DNA of 64,000 bases from Bacteroidaceae bacterium (GTDB taxonomy: Bacteria > Bacteroidota > Bacteroidia > Bacteroidales > Bacteroidaceae), in assembly GCA_045600665.1 (NCBI GenBank), contig JAZRYI010000103.1, forward strand, positions 8,399-72,398, in the 5' to 3' direction. The notes below the pieces were generated by a model. The model searched no databases. It was not told the DNA's origin and saw only the letters and a list, made by a program, of their open reading frames with translations. Positions 1-8,712 of the stretch are shown here, in pieces; the first letter of the stretch is position 1; each line of letters begins with the position of its first letter. Made by a program: the position numbers and the translations under genes.

Positions 1-1
1 C

Positions 2-532
2 AATGCCAAATACAAGGCATTCAAGAGTGAGCAAGAAGCAGAGGAAGCCTTCTATCTTGGTTATGATGCATACTGCGAGAAATGCAGGTCTCAGGAAGCT
101 GTGAAAGACTTCACTCTTCCCCCTGGAGCCATTAATCAAGCTATAGCAGTGGATGCAGCTTGCAGCGGCAATCCTGGAGCAATGGAGTACCGCGGAGTGT
201 ATCTGCTGACAGGCAAGGAGATATTTCATTACGGTCCAGTGCATGGGACGAACAACATCGGTGAGTTTCTTGCCATCGTGCATGGCTTGGCTCTCCTCAA
301 GCAGAAAGGCTTGGACACAATGCCAATATACAGCGATAGCGTCAATGCTCAGCTTTGGGTGAGGAATCGCAAGTGCAAGACTACGCTTGCGCGAAATGAG
401 AAGACTGAGCAGCTTCATCAGATGATAGAGCGTGCTGAGGCTTGGCTTCGCAACAACACATACACCAATCCTATCATCAAGTGGCCAACCGAAGAGTGGG
501 GCGAGATACCTGCCGATTTTGGTAGAAAATAG
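2..532 (+). CDS. rnhA: Ribonuclease H (RNase HI-type catalytic domain, preceded by the tail of an N-terminal hybrid-binding/viroplasmin-like domain); 5' end cut by the window edge
   Basis: The frame is open from base 2 (NAKYKAFKSEQEAEEAFYLGYDAY...), so the GTG at 101 in the ORF track is internal. The AVDAACSGNPG..EYRGV..TNNIGEFLAIVHGL..IYSDS pattern is RNase HI-like. Confidence 0.8.
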   Translation, partial: NAKYKAFKSEQEAEEAFYLGYDAYCEKCRSQEAVKDFTLPPGAINQAIAVDAACSGNPGAMEYRGVYLLTGKEIFHYGPVHGTNNIGEFLAIVHGLALLKQKGLDTMPIYSDSVNAQLWVRNRKCKTTLARNEKTEQLHQMIERAEAWLRNNTYTNPIIKWPTEEWGEIPADFGRK

Positions 533-615
533 TTCGCCTTCCCAATACCTTCGCTGCATAGAGGAAGGGTGACGGGTGATTTTACTTGTCATTGCAAAAT
601 TATTCTTTTCATAAT

Positions 616-646
616 TTTGCCATTCTCCAAGTTTTCACTACTTTTG
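616..646 (+). promoter_or_regulatory. Candidate Bacteroidota promoter (-33 TTTG 616-619, -7 TACTTTTG 639-646) for the 731 gene
   Basis: Exact TAnnTTTG with TTTG 19 nt upstream; 85 nt before the ATG. Confidence 0.5.
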
Positions 647-730
647 CAAAAAATAAATAAGTATTAACCAATGACACGCACCCCGTATGGTGTCCCTCCC
701 CTGTGATGGGAGGTTAGGAGGGGGCTATTA

Positions 731-1978
731 ATGAGTAAAGTACTTGTTATAGGTGCTGGTGGCGTTGCCACTGTTGCCGCAGTGAAAATCGCTATGAACA
801 GCGATGTGTTTACAGACATTATGATTGCAAGTCGCACAAAGAAAAAGTGTGATGCAATTGTGAAGTATATCAACGACAAGAAACTTCGTCCAGAAGGCGC
901 TTCTCCAATACTGACAGCACAGGTTGATGCCGATGATGTAGAGCAGCTCAAGGCGTTATTCAATGACTTCAAGCCAGAGCTTGTCGTAAACCTTGCGCTC
1001 CCATACCAAGACCTCACAATCATGGATGCTTGCTTGGCATGCGGTTGCAACTACCTTGACACAGCCAACTATGAACCAAAGGATGAGGCTCACTTCGAGT
1101 ACTCATGGCAGTGGGCATACCGCGAGCGCTTCGAGCAGGCAGGACTCTGTGCCATCCTTGGCTGTGGCTTCGACCCTGGTGTCACTTCCATCTATACAGC
1201 ATACGCAGCCAAGCACCACTTCGACGAGATTCACTATCTTGACATCGTTGACTGCAACGCAGGCAATCACCATAAGGCATTCGCCACAAACTTCAATCCA
1301 GAAATAAATATCCGCGAGATCACCCAGAAGGGTCTCTACTACGAAAATGGCAAGTACATCGAGACAGAGCCAATGGAGATTCACAAGCCACTCACATATC
1401 CTAACGTAGGTCCTAAGGAGTCTTACCTTCTCCATCACGAAGAGATTGAGTCGCTCGTCATCAATTACCCAACAATCAAGCGTGCTCGCTTCTGGATGAC
1501 ATTCGGTCAGCAGTACCTTACATATCTCGACGTGATTCAGAACATCGGCATGAGCCGAATCGATGAAATTGAGTACAAGGCACCAAAGGCTGACGGTACT
1601 GGCGAAGAAACAGTGAAGATTGTTCCGCTCCAGTTCCTTAAGGCTGTGCTTCCTAACCCACAGGAGCTCGGCGAGAACTACGATGGTGAGACATCTATTG
1701 GTTGCCGCATCCGTGGCATCAAGAACGGTGAAGAGCACACATATTATGTATATAATAACTGCAAGCATCAGGATGCATACAATGAGACTGGCATGCAGGG
1801 AGTGAGCTACACAACAGGCGTGCCAGCAATGATTGGTGCTATGATGTTCTTCAAGGGACTTTGGAACAAGCCTGGCGTTCACAACGTAGAGGAGTTCGAT
1901 CCTGATCCATTCATGGAGCAGCTCAACATCCAGGGACTCCCTTGGCACGAAATTCACGATGGCGACCTTGAATTGTAG
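731..1978 (+). CDS. Saccharopine dehydrogenase-family enzyme, best read as carboxynorspermidine synthase/dehydrogenase (polyamine biosynthesis)
   Basis: 415-aa ORF with N-terminal Rossmann motif VLVIGAGGVATV. Length and C-terminal half match the bacterial carboxy(nor)spermidine dehydrogenase branch as I remember it. Confidence 0.75.
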   Translation: MSKVLVIGAGGVATVAAVKIAMNSDVFTDIMIASRTKKKCDAIVKYINDKKLRPEGASPILTAQVDADDVEQLKALFNDFKPELVVNLALPYQDLTIMDACLACGCNYLDTANYEPKDEAHFEYSWQWAYRERFEQAGLCAILGCGFDPGVTSIYTAYAAKHHFDEIHYLDIVDCNAGNHHKAFATNFNPEINIREITQKGLYYENGKYIETEPMEIHKPLTYPNVGPKESYLLHHEEIESLVINYPTIKRARFWMTFGQQYLTYLDVIQNIGMSRIDEIEYKAPKADGTGEETVKIVPLQFLKAVLPNPQELGENYDGETSIGCRIRGIKNGEEHTYYVYNNCKHQDAYNETGMQGVSYTTGVPAMIGAMMFFKGLWNKPGVHNVEEFDPDPFMEQLNIQGLPWHEIHDGDLEL

Positions 1979-2031
1979 AGAAATTCAAGAAAAAACTCAA
2001 CATGTCCCACTCGATGGGGCATGTTGTGCAT

Positions 2032-2039
2032 TATCTTTG
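2032..2039 (+). promoter_or_regulatory. Candidate -7 box TATCTTTG upstream of recA
   Basis: Exact TAnnTTTG 40 nt before the recA ATG; no clean -33 TTTG. Confidence 0.4.
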
Positions 2040-2078
2040 CATCGTGAATAAATAACAAAACAAAAACTAACTACAATT

Positions 2079-3155
2079 ATGGCAAAAGAAAAGAAAGAAG
2101 AAGTTGCTGTCGATCCAAAGCAGGAGAAGCTTAAAGCTCTTCAGGCAGCAATGGAAAAGATAGAGAAGAACTTTGGCAAGGGCTCCATCATGAAGATGGG
2201 TGACGAGCATATTGAGGCTGTAGAGGTCATCCCAACAGGTTCCATCGGTTTGAATGTAGCCCTTGGCGTGGGAGGCTATCCGAAGGGACGTATCATTGAG
2301 ATTTATGGTCCTGAGTCTTCGGGCAAGACCACGCTCGCCATCCATGCCATTGCTGAATGCCAGAAGGCTGGCGGAATCGCAGCATTCATTGATGCAGAGC
2401 ATGCTTTTGACCGCTTTTATGCTGCAAACCTTGGCGTGGATGTCAACAACCTCTGGATCTCGCAGCCAGACAATGGAGAGCAGGCACTCGAGATTGCCGA
2501 CCAGCTCATTCGCTCAAGCGCCGTTGACATCATTGTCATCGACTCAGTGGCTGCCCTCACCCCAAAGGCTGAGATTGAAGGCGATATGGGCGATAACAAG
2601 GTTGGTCTCCATGCTCGTCTCATGAGCCAGGCGCTCCGCAAGCTAACGGGTACCATTGCCAAGACCAACACCACTTGCATCTTCATCAACCAGTTGCGCG
2701 AGAAGATTGGTGTCATGTTTGGCAATCCTGAGACAACTACAGGCGGTAACGCTCTCAAGTTCTATGCCAGTGTCCGCATCGATGTGCGCAAGGGCACTCC
2801 TATCAAGGATGGCGAGAACATACTCGGCAACCTCACTAAGGTCAAGGTTGTCAAGAACAAGGTTGCTCCTCCATTCCGCAAGTGTGAGTTTGACATCATG
2901 TTTGGTGAAGGTATCAGCAAGACAGGTGAGATACTCGATCTCGGCGTAGAGCTCGACATCATCAAGAAGAGCGGCAGCTGGTTCAGCTATGGCGGCGACC
3001 GTCTTGCACAGGGCCGCGACGCAACTAAAAAGCTCCTTCTCGACAACCCAGAGCTTTGCGAGGAAATTGAGAAGATCATCATTTCAAAGATATCAGGCAA
3101 AGAATACATCCCTTCCAACTCAGACGAAGGACTTGAAGCAGGTGAAGAGGCATAA
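2079..3155 (+). CDS. recA: Recombinase RecA
   Basis: 358 aa; Walker [10 protein letters not shown]; conserved [29 protein letters not shown] block. Confidence 0.97.
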   Translation: MAKEKKEEVAVDPKQEKLKALQAAMEKIEKNFGKGSIMKMGDEHIEAVEVIPTGSIGLNVALGVGGYPKGRIIEIYGPESSGKTTLAIHAIAECQKAGGIAAFIDAEHAFDRFYAANLGVDVNNLWISQPDNGEQALEIADQLIRSSAVDIIVIDSVAALTPKAEIEGDMGDNKVGLHARLMSQALRKLTGTIAKTNTTCIFINQLREKIGVMFGNPETTTGGNALKFYASVRIDVRKGTPIKDGENILGNLTKVKVVKNKVAPPFRKCEFDIMFGEGISKTGEILDLGVELDIIKKSGSWFSYGGDRLAQGRDATKKLLLDNPELCEEIEKIIISKISGKEYIPSNSDEGLEAGEEA

Positions 3156-3185
3156 CTCTCTCTCTACGCACACAACGCATAAAAG

Positions 3186-3218
3186 GCAGAAGTTTCGATG
3201 AGACTTCTGCTTTTTTTT
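3186..3218 (+). terminator. Rho-independent terminator after recA
   Basis: GCAGAAGT/ACTTCTGC 8-bp stem followed by T8. Confidence 0.75.
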
Positions 3219-3322
3219 GTTGCTAATTCATGTCAGATGGAAGAACTATTATTTCTGTATGAATTTTGAACATAAAAAGGCTCTTTTTGATACAAAATTA
3301 GACAAATACTGACGAAATGTCA

Positions 3323-3341
3323 TTTTTTTTTTTTTTTTTTT
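3323..3341. repeat. T19 homopolymer tract
   Basis: 19 consecutive T counted at 3323-3341, 22 nt upstream of the -33 box of the next operon. Confidence 0.95.
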
Positions 3342-3362
3342 CGCATGTTTCTCTTGCGAATC

Positions 3363-3394
3363 TTTGGAAATGTCAATAATATGCTCTAATTTTG
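3363..3394 (+). promoter_or_regulatory. Candidate promoter (-33 TTTG 3363-3366, -7 TAATTTTG 3387-3394) for the T9SS-cargo operon
   Basis: Both boxes are exact with 20-nt spacing. Confidence 0.5.
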
Positions 3395-3505
3395 CACATA
3401 CAAAACATAATATAAAGCATTTATACCTCAAACAATAATGTATAACCACTATTGGTGGTGACAGTCATATTAGTTTTTTTTAATTTAATAACAAAAGTTT
3501 TATTT

Positions 3506-4237
3506 ATGAAACCACAAAAGCAAAGCTTGATGGTAGGCCTCCTATCTATTCTTTTCGCTGTAGCCCTCATGTGCCCTCAACAGGCATCTGCTGCAGAAAA
3601 GGAAGTGAACGTATGGTGCGCTAAGACCAACACGGGAAATTATTACCCACTAGCACGTGTTAGTATGATGGTTGTGCCTGACGGTGGTAGCACTTTCGAA
3701 ATCCTTCTTAAGGATGGAGTAGGTGAGGCTAACGTTCAGAGCATCAGCTTCGAAAAGCACAAGGAAGTTCTTGACTTGGACAAGTACAAGGTATCAGCAG
3801 ATGGAACTCCATCTATCGACTTGTCAAAGAAGTGCTACATGTTCACAAACACAGGTAAGTTCTTCTCTCTTGGAGCAGATAAGCCAATGCTTGACGTGAA
3901 TGATGGCTCTAACCTGTTCAAGGTGACAGACCGTAGCGGTAATGTATTGGCAGACAATGTAGAATCTGTCGAGTTCATAAGAACAAACGAACCAACGGGA
4001 ATTGACGAAATTGAAGCAGCGAAAGAGGAACTCACTCTGCAGTCTCCAATTCAGTCACAGATGGAAATCTCAGGTTGTGGCAATGCTACAAAGGCTGTAG
4101 TTTATGACATGAACGGTAAGCAGGTTGCGGTTGCTCCTGTATATGCAGGCAGCACAACAGTTGTTGTAAACAATTTGCCAGCTAATGTTTACATCTTGAA
4201 GGTAGGCAACAAGTCTCTTAAGTTCGTTAAGAAGTAA
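3506..4237 (+). CDS. Hypothetical secreted protein with a T9SS type-A C-terminal sorting domain
   Basis: I prefer ATG 3506 (MKPQKQSLMVGLLSILFAVALMCPQQASA signal peptide) over the ORF-track start at 3452. The C-terminus ...AVVYDMNGKQVAVAPVYAGSTTVVVNNLPANVYILKVGNKSLKFVKK looks like a Por/T9SS CTD. Confidence 0.6.
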   Translation: MKPQKQSLMVGLLSILFAVALMCPQQASAAEKEVNVWCAKTNTGNYYPLARVSMMVVPDGGSTFEILLKDGVGEANVQSISFEKHKEVLDLDKYKVSADGTPSIDLSKKCYMFTNTGKFFSLGADKPMLDVNDGSNLFKVTDRSGNVLADNVESVEFIRTNEPTGIDEIEAAKEELTLQSPIQSQMEISGCGNATKAVVYDMNGKQVAVAPVYAGSTTVVVNNLPANVYILKVGNKSLKFVKK

Positions 4238-4275
4238 AAAGCATTAAAAACAAAGAAACTAAAAAGACAATTATT

Positions 4276-5385
4276 ATGAAAAGAATAATTACTACTTTTG
4301 CCATGGCTGCTCTTGCCATGTCATCATTTGCTCAGGTAAAGAACCAGCAGTATTTCAAGGTTGAGTTCACTGTGCCAGTATCAAACGAAGGTAAGGTGAA
4401 CACTGGTTCTAACACAAGTGTTTCTGCAACAATGAAGGATGACTATACTTACTGCAATCCACAGAATGAGTACCTCATCTTCCCTGCAACTAACAACCCA
4501 TGTTGGTTCGATAACTCAACTCACAACTATAGTGAGACTTCTTCTTACTATTTCAAGACTAAGCGTGCTACACAGGCTGGTTATGATCAGGAGAATAACA
4601 ACAACTTCCTTTGCGATAAAATCTCTAAGATTACAGCATTCTCACTTCCTGTAGAGAAATTCGAGCTTATTGACTCAACTGCAACATTCCGCATCGAGAA
4701 GGGTGATCCACGTTTCCAGGGTGACTATCCTACAACTAAGAGCCATGAGTATTACGACATAGCAGAGTTCACTTTCAACCGTATGCCTCGCAACGTAGCT
4801 GAGCTCAAGACTCTCCTTGAAGACGAGAACGGTAACCGTACAGAGGCTTGCAACAATCCTCTCTTCATCGGTGCTGTATGCTACTTCATTTGGCCTCGTC
4901 TCCTCGAGTGCTCACAGGACTGCCGCGATATGTGGGACTACATGTATGGCAAGCAGTATTCTGCATTGAATACATACGGTATCGCTAACCAGACTTTCCA
5001 GAACGCATGTATCGCTCAGTATTCTGGCAAGGATGCTGCTGGTGGTTGGAAGCATCACAACGCTTACCAGTTCTTTGCTGGCGCTACTCCAAGCAACAAC
5101 TACAAGCCAAACGGCAAGAGCTATGAAAATGGCCCATTCAAGGTACGTATCGGTTGGGACGTTAAGGATCCTACTGTATATGATGGCACTCGTCAGTGCA
5201 CTGTAGCAAGCCTCCTTCTCTTCCCTAACCCTGCAGAAGGTGCTACAAGAGATGACATCGCATTCGAGTATCCTGTAGGTCATGTTATCAAGCTTCGTTC
5301 AACTAAGAAGAACGGTTGGTTCCTTAGCGATGGTGAAAAGTCATTCTACGCAATCGGTAAGGCACAGTATGACAATGATTTCTAA
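4276..5385 (+). CDS. Hypothetical secreted, Cys-containing protein (no family recognised)
   Basis: 369-aa ORF with signal peptide MKRIITTFAMAALAMSSFAQ. It starts 38 nt after the previous gene and is followed by a terminator. Confidence 0.55.
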   Translation: MKRIITTFAMAALAMSSFAQVKNQQYFKVEFTVPVSNEGKVNTGSNTSVSATMKDDYTYCNPQNEYLIFPATNNPCWFDNSTHNYSETSSYYFKTKRATQAGYDQENNNNFLCDKISKITAFSLPVEKFELIDSTATFRIEKGDPRFQGDYPTTKSHEYYDIAEFTFNRMPRNVAELKTLLEDENGNRTEACNNPLFIGAVCYFIWPRLLECSQDCRDMWDYMYGKQYSALNTYGIANQTFQNACIAQYSGKDAAGGWKHHNAYQFFAGATPSNNYKPNGKSYENGPFKVRIGWDVKDPTVYDGTRQCTVASLLLFPNPAEGATRDDIAFEYPVGHVIKLRSTKKNGWFLSDGEKSFYAIGKAQYDNDF

Positions 5386-5412
5386 TTATCATACAAAGTA
5401 TAATTAATAAAA

Positions 5413-5440
5413 AGCTCTCACAATTCGTGGGAGCTTTTTT
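5413..5440 (+). terminator. Rho-independent terminator
   Basis: AGCTCTCAC/GTGGGAGCT stem (one G-U pair) followed by T6. Confidence 0.7.
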
Positions 5441-5579
5441 CGTAGTTCGGTCAATATGAGTTTTGGGAATGTATGAATATAGGCATCTGCCTATTTCCAA
5501 GTATATCTTGGAACAATGATATTTGTGGATTTAGCAATGATTGAGTATGCATTTGTTGGTGTTGTTCATAAAAAAGTTG

Positions 5580-5587
5580 TAACTTTG
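5580..5587 (+). promoter_or_regulatory. Candidate -7 box TAACTTTG upstream of sufS
   Basis: Exact TAnnTTTG 72 nt before the ATG. Confidence 0.4.
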
Positions 5588-5658
5588 CAGCGCAAAGCGT
5601 TGTGGAAGATGAACGCTGCGCATGGAACATTAATACTTGATTAAAAAGAAGATAAATA

Positions 5659-6867
5659 ATGTACGACATAGATAGAATTCGAGAAGATTTCCCGATACTT
5701 GGACGCCAGGTGTATGGCAAGCCATTGGTGTATCTCGACAATGGTGCGACGACGCAGAAGCCTCGTTGCGTGGTTGAGGCTATGGTGGATGAGTATTACA
5801 ATGTGAATGCGAACGTGCACAGAGGTGTGCATTTCCTTTCGCAGCAAGCTACTGATCTGCACGAGGCGAGCCGAGAGACGGTGAGGAGCTTCATCAATGC
5901 CAAGAGCATTGCAGAGGTGATTTTCACTCGCGGCACGACGGAGAGCATCAATCTGCTTGCGTTTTGCTTCGGCGAGGCTTGTGTGAAGGAAGGCGACGAG
6001 ATTGTGGTCAGTACGATGGAGCATCATTCTAACATTGTGCCTTGGCAGATGCTTTGCGAGAGGAAAGGTGCGAAGCTGCGTGTGATTCCGATGACTGATG
6101 AGGGCAGATTGGTGATGGAGGAATATGAGTCGCTGCTGAACGAGAGAACTAGATTGGTGTGCTGCGCCCATGTGAGCAACGTGATGGGTACAGTGAATCC
6201 TCTGAAGGAGGTGATTCGCATTGCGCATGAGCACGGCGTGCCAGTGTTGATTGATGGTGCACAGAGCACGCCTCACTTTGCGGTGGACATGCAGGATTTG
6301 GATTGTGAGTTCTTTGCTTTCTCAGGACATAAGATTTATGGACCTACGGGTGTGGGTGTGCTGTATGGCAAGGAGGAATGGCTGGAGAAGCTGCCACCTT
6401 ATCAGGGTGGCGGCGACATGATTAAGACGGTAAGCTTTGAGAAGACGACGTACAATTCTTTGCCGTATAAGTTTGAGGCAGGTACCCCTGACTATGTTGC
6501 AACTTATGCGCTTTCCAAGGCTCTGGATTATGTTACAGAGTTGGGCATGGATAATATACAGATGCATGAGCAGGAACTGACTGCCTATGCGCGTCAGCAG
6601 ATGTCGCAGATAGAAGGCATGCGTTTCTTTGGTCCGAGCGATGATGCTGTTATCTCTTTCCAAGTTGGAGATATTCATCATTTGGATATGGGTACGCTGC
6701 TTGATAGGCTTGGAATAGCTGTGCGTACGGGGCATCATTGCGCTGAGCCGCTGATGCGACGCATGGGCATTGAGGGCACATGCCGCGCTTCATTTGGTTT
6801 ATATAATACGAAGGAAGAAGTGGATGTGCTGGTGGCTGGGATAAAGAGAGTGGCTATGATGTTTTAG
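5659..6867 (+). CDS. sufS: Cysteine desulfurase, SufS/CsdA-type class V aminotransferase
   Basis: 402 aa; FSGHKIYGPTGVGVLYG PLP-lysine region; C-terminal RTGHHCAEP active-site Cys loop. Confidence 0.9.
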   Translation: MYDIDRIREDFPILGRQVYGKPLVYLDNGATTQKPRCVVEAMVDEYYNVNANVHRGVHFLSQQATDLHEASRETVRSFINAKSIAEVIFTRGTTESINLLAFCFGEACVKEGDEIVVSTMEHHSNIVPWQMLCERKGAKLRVIPMTDEGRLVMEEYESLLNERTRLVCCAHVSNVMGTVNPLKEVIRIAHEHGVPVLIDGAQSTPHFAVDMQDLDCEFFAFSGHKIYGPTGVGVLYGKEEWLEKLPPYQGGGDMIKTVSFEKTTYNSLPYKFEAGTPDYVATYALSKALDYVTELGMDNIQMHEQELTAYARQQMSQIEGMRFFGPSDDAVISFQVGDIHHLDMGTLLDRLGIAVRTGHHCAEPLMRRMGIEGTCRASFGLYNTKEEVDVLVAGIKRVAMMF

Positions 6868-6912
6868 GCCCCTCCCCTCTTTATTAAGGGGGAGGGACTG
6901 GGAGAGAGGGTA
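6868..6912. repeat. Solo copy of the G/C-rich palindromic REP-like element
   Basis: CCCCTCCCCTCTTTATTAAGGGGGAGGGACTGGGAGAGAGGG fills the 47-nt spacer between the sufS and sppA stop codons. It is collinear with the copy at 12583-12623. Confidence 0.7.
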
Positions 6913-6914
6913 TC

Positions 6915-8705
6915 TTACAAATTCCACATCAAATAATATGGCAGGCTTGCTTGAATGCCAGTGCGTGTTCCGATTGTCTTGATGTTGCGGAACATGTCAT
7001 AGTATTCACCAAGCGCCTGCTGCATCTGTGCATCTGCGTATGTGCCGCTGCCGTTCATCTCCTCCATGAGATTAGTGAAGAAGTCAGCCTTTGCTGGGTA
7101 GGATAGTACTGAGCAGTCGTCGAGGTTTGCTTTCTTCTTTGCAACGGCAATGGCATCGTTGAGACTACCAAGCTGATCGACAAGACCAATCTTCTTAGCA
7201 TGCTCGCCAGTCCATACGCGGCCCTCTGCAATGGCTTTGATAGCGTCCTGCTTCATCTTTCTGCCATCGGCACAACGCTTGGTGAAGAGTTCGTAGCCAT
7301 TGTTGATGTAGCGCTGAAGTATTGCACGCTCGCCATCAGAGAGTGGGCGAGAAATATCACCGAAGTCAGCATATTCGTTTGTCTTTACGGTGCTGAAATG
7401 AACGCCGAGCTTGTTGTTGAGCAATTCGCCAGCCTCAGGGAACGTACCGAATATACCGATAGAGCCAGTGAGTGTGGTTGGCTGTGCTACGATCCAGTCG
7501 GCAGCGCAGCTGATGTAGTAGCCTCCAGATGCTGCATAGTCACCCATGCTGACAACGATAGGCTTCTTCGACTTGATGTTCATGATCTGATGCCAAATCT
7601 GTTCGCTGGCATAGGCAGAACCGCCGCCTGAGTTGACGCGGAGGACAACAGCTTTCACGTCGTCGTTGTCGGCAAGCTCCTTCAAGTCCTTTATCACCTT
7701 TGTGCCAACAATCTCAGTTGCCTGTGAAAAGTTTGTGGCAGAAGACTCCTGCACGATGTCGCCGTAGGCATAGTACACAGCCACGATGTCGCCGCTTGTG
7801 CCCTTAGGCTCGCTGTTTGCGATTGTAGCAAGTTCCTTGACAGTGATGGTGTTGTAGTCGTCCGTATCCACCTTCATCATGTTTGCAATCACGTTTGGCA
7901 CGTTGTCGCTGTATGCGAGCTTGTCCACGAGCTTCTCCTGCTTGTAAATCTTTGCAGGCATGAACATTATGGCAGAGTCTGCCAGCTCGTTGAGTTTGTC
8001 ATTTGTGAGTTTGCGGCTCTTGCTGATGTCGGTAAGCATCTGATTCCATATCTCACCTTCGAACACGGAGATCTGCTCACGGTTGGCATCACTCATCTCG
8101 TTGAGGAGGAATGGCTCAACGGCACTCTTGTATGTGCCTACCTTAACCACCTGCATTTGTACGCCAATCTTTTCGAAAAGATCTTTGAAATATACTGTCT
8201 GAGAAGCGAGTCCATGAAGTTCAATCATGCCCTGAGGGTTGATGATGAGCGAGTCGGCGACGGAACTGACATAGTATGTGCCCTGCGAGTATGTATCGCC
8301 GTAGGCAGCGATGAACTTGCCTGTCTTCTTGAAATCAACAAGTGCCTTGCGAATCTCCTGTAAAGTGGCTGGAGCAGCGCCTGTGAGTGAGCCAGCCTCA
8401 ATGTATATGCCCTTCACCTTTTCTTCGTTCTTTGCATTTTCGATGGCAAGCAAGATTTCGTCTAGACCGTTCATCTCATCCATCGAGCCGCTCATGAGTG
8501 AGGCGAAAGGGTTGTCCTCGGCACGTTCTTCAATTGCGCCATTGAGGTTGATGACGAGAACTGTGTTGTTTTTGACTGTAGTTGTCGCACTTGAGCCCAT
8601 GGCTGCCATGCTCACAAGGCTGATTACAGACATCACTGCAAGGATGACGCACAGTGCGAATACGCCCACCATGGTGGCGAGCACGTACTTGAGAAATTGC
8701 TTCAT
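6915..8705 (-). CDS. sppA: Signal peptide peptidase SppA, 67K (two-domain) type
   Basis: 596 aa; N-terminal TM segment; duplicated ClpP-like halves; GGSAYASEQI...MGDYAASGGYYISCAAD...TGSIGIFG motifs. Confidence 0.9.
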   Translation of the reverse strand: MKQFLKYVLATMVGVFALCVILAVMSVISLVSMAAMGSSATTTVKNNTVLVINLNGAIEERAEDNPFASLMSGSMDEMNGLDEILLAIENAKNEEKVKGIYIEAGSLTGAAPATLQEIRKALVDFKKTGKFIAAYGDTYSQGTYYVSSVADSLIINPQGMIELHGLASQTVYFKDLFEKIGVQMQVVKVGTYKSAVEPFLLNEMSDANREQISVFEGEIWNQMLTDISKSRKLTNDKLNELADSAIMFMPAKIYKQEKLVDKLAYSDNVPNVIANMMKVDTDDYNTITVKELATIANSEPKGTSGDIVAVYYAYGDIVQESSATNFSQATEIVGTKVIKDLKELADNDDVKAVVLRVNSGGGSAYASEQIWHQIMNIKSKKPIVVSMGDYAASGGYYISCAADWIVAQPTTLTGSIGIFGTFPEAGELLNNKLGVHFSTVKTNEYADFGDISRPLSDGERAILQRYINNGYELFTKRCADGRKMKQDAIKAIAEGRVWTGEHAKKIGLVDQLGSLNDAIAVAKKKANLDDCSVLSYPAKADFFTNLMEEMNGSGTYADAQMQQALGEYYDMFRNIKTIGTRTGIQASLPYYLMWNL

Positions 8706-8712
8706 TTTGTTT

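Noticed and set aside
533-600. A CCTTCC...GGAAGGGTGAC stretch after rnhA as a possible fourth REP-like copy.
   Set aside because: Only a few short words are shared with the 40-bp element. The similarity is too weak to call by eye.
3249-3449. A 66-aa minus-strand ORF containing KKKKKK.
   Set aside because: The lysine run is just the T19 tract read on the other strand. The ORF sits across the promoter region and has no coding character.
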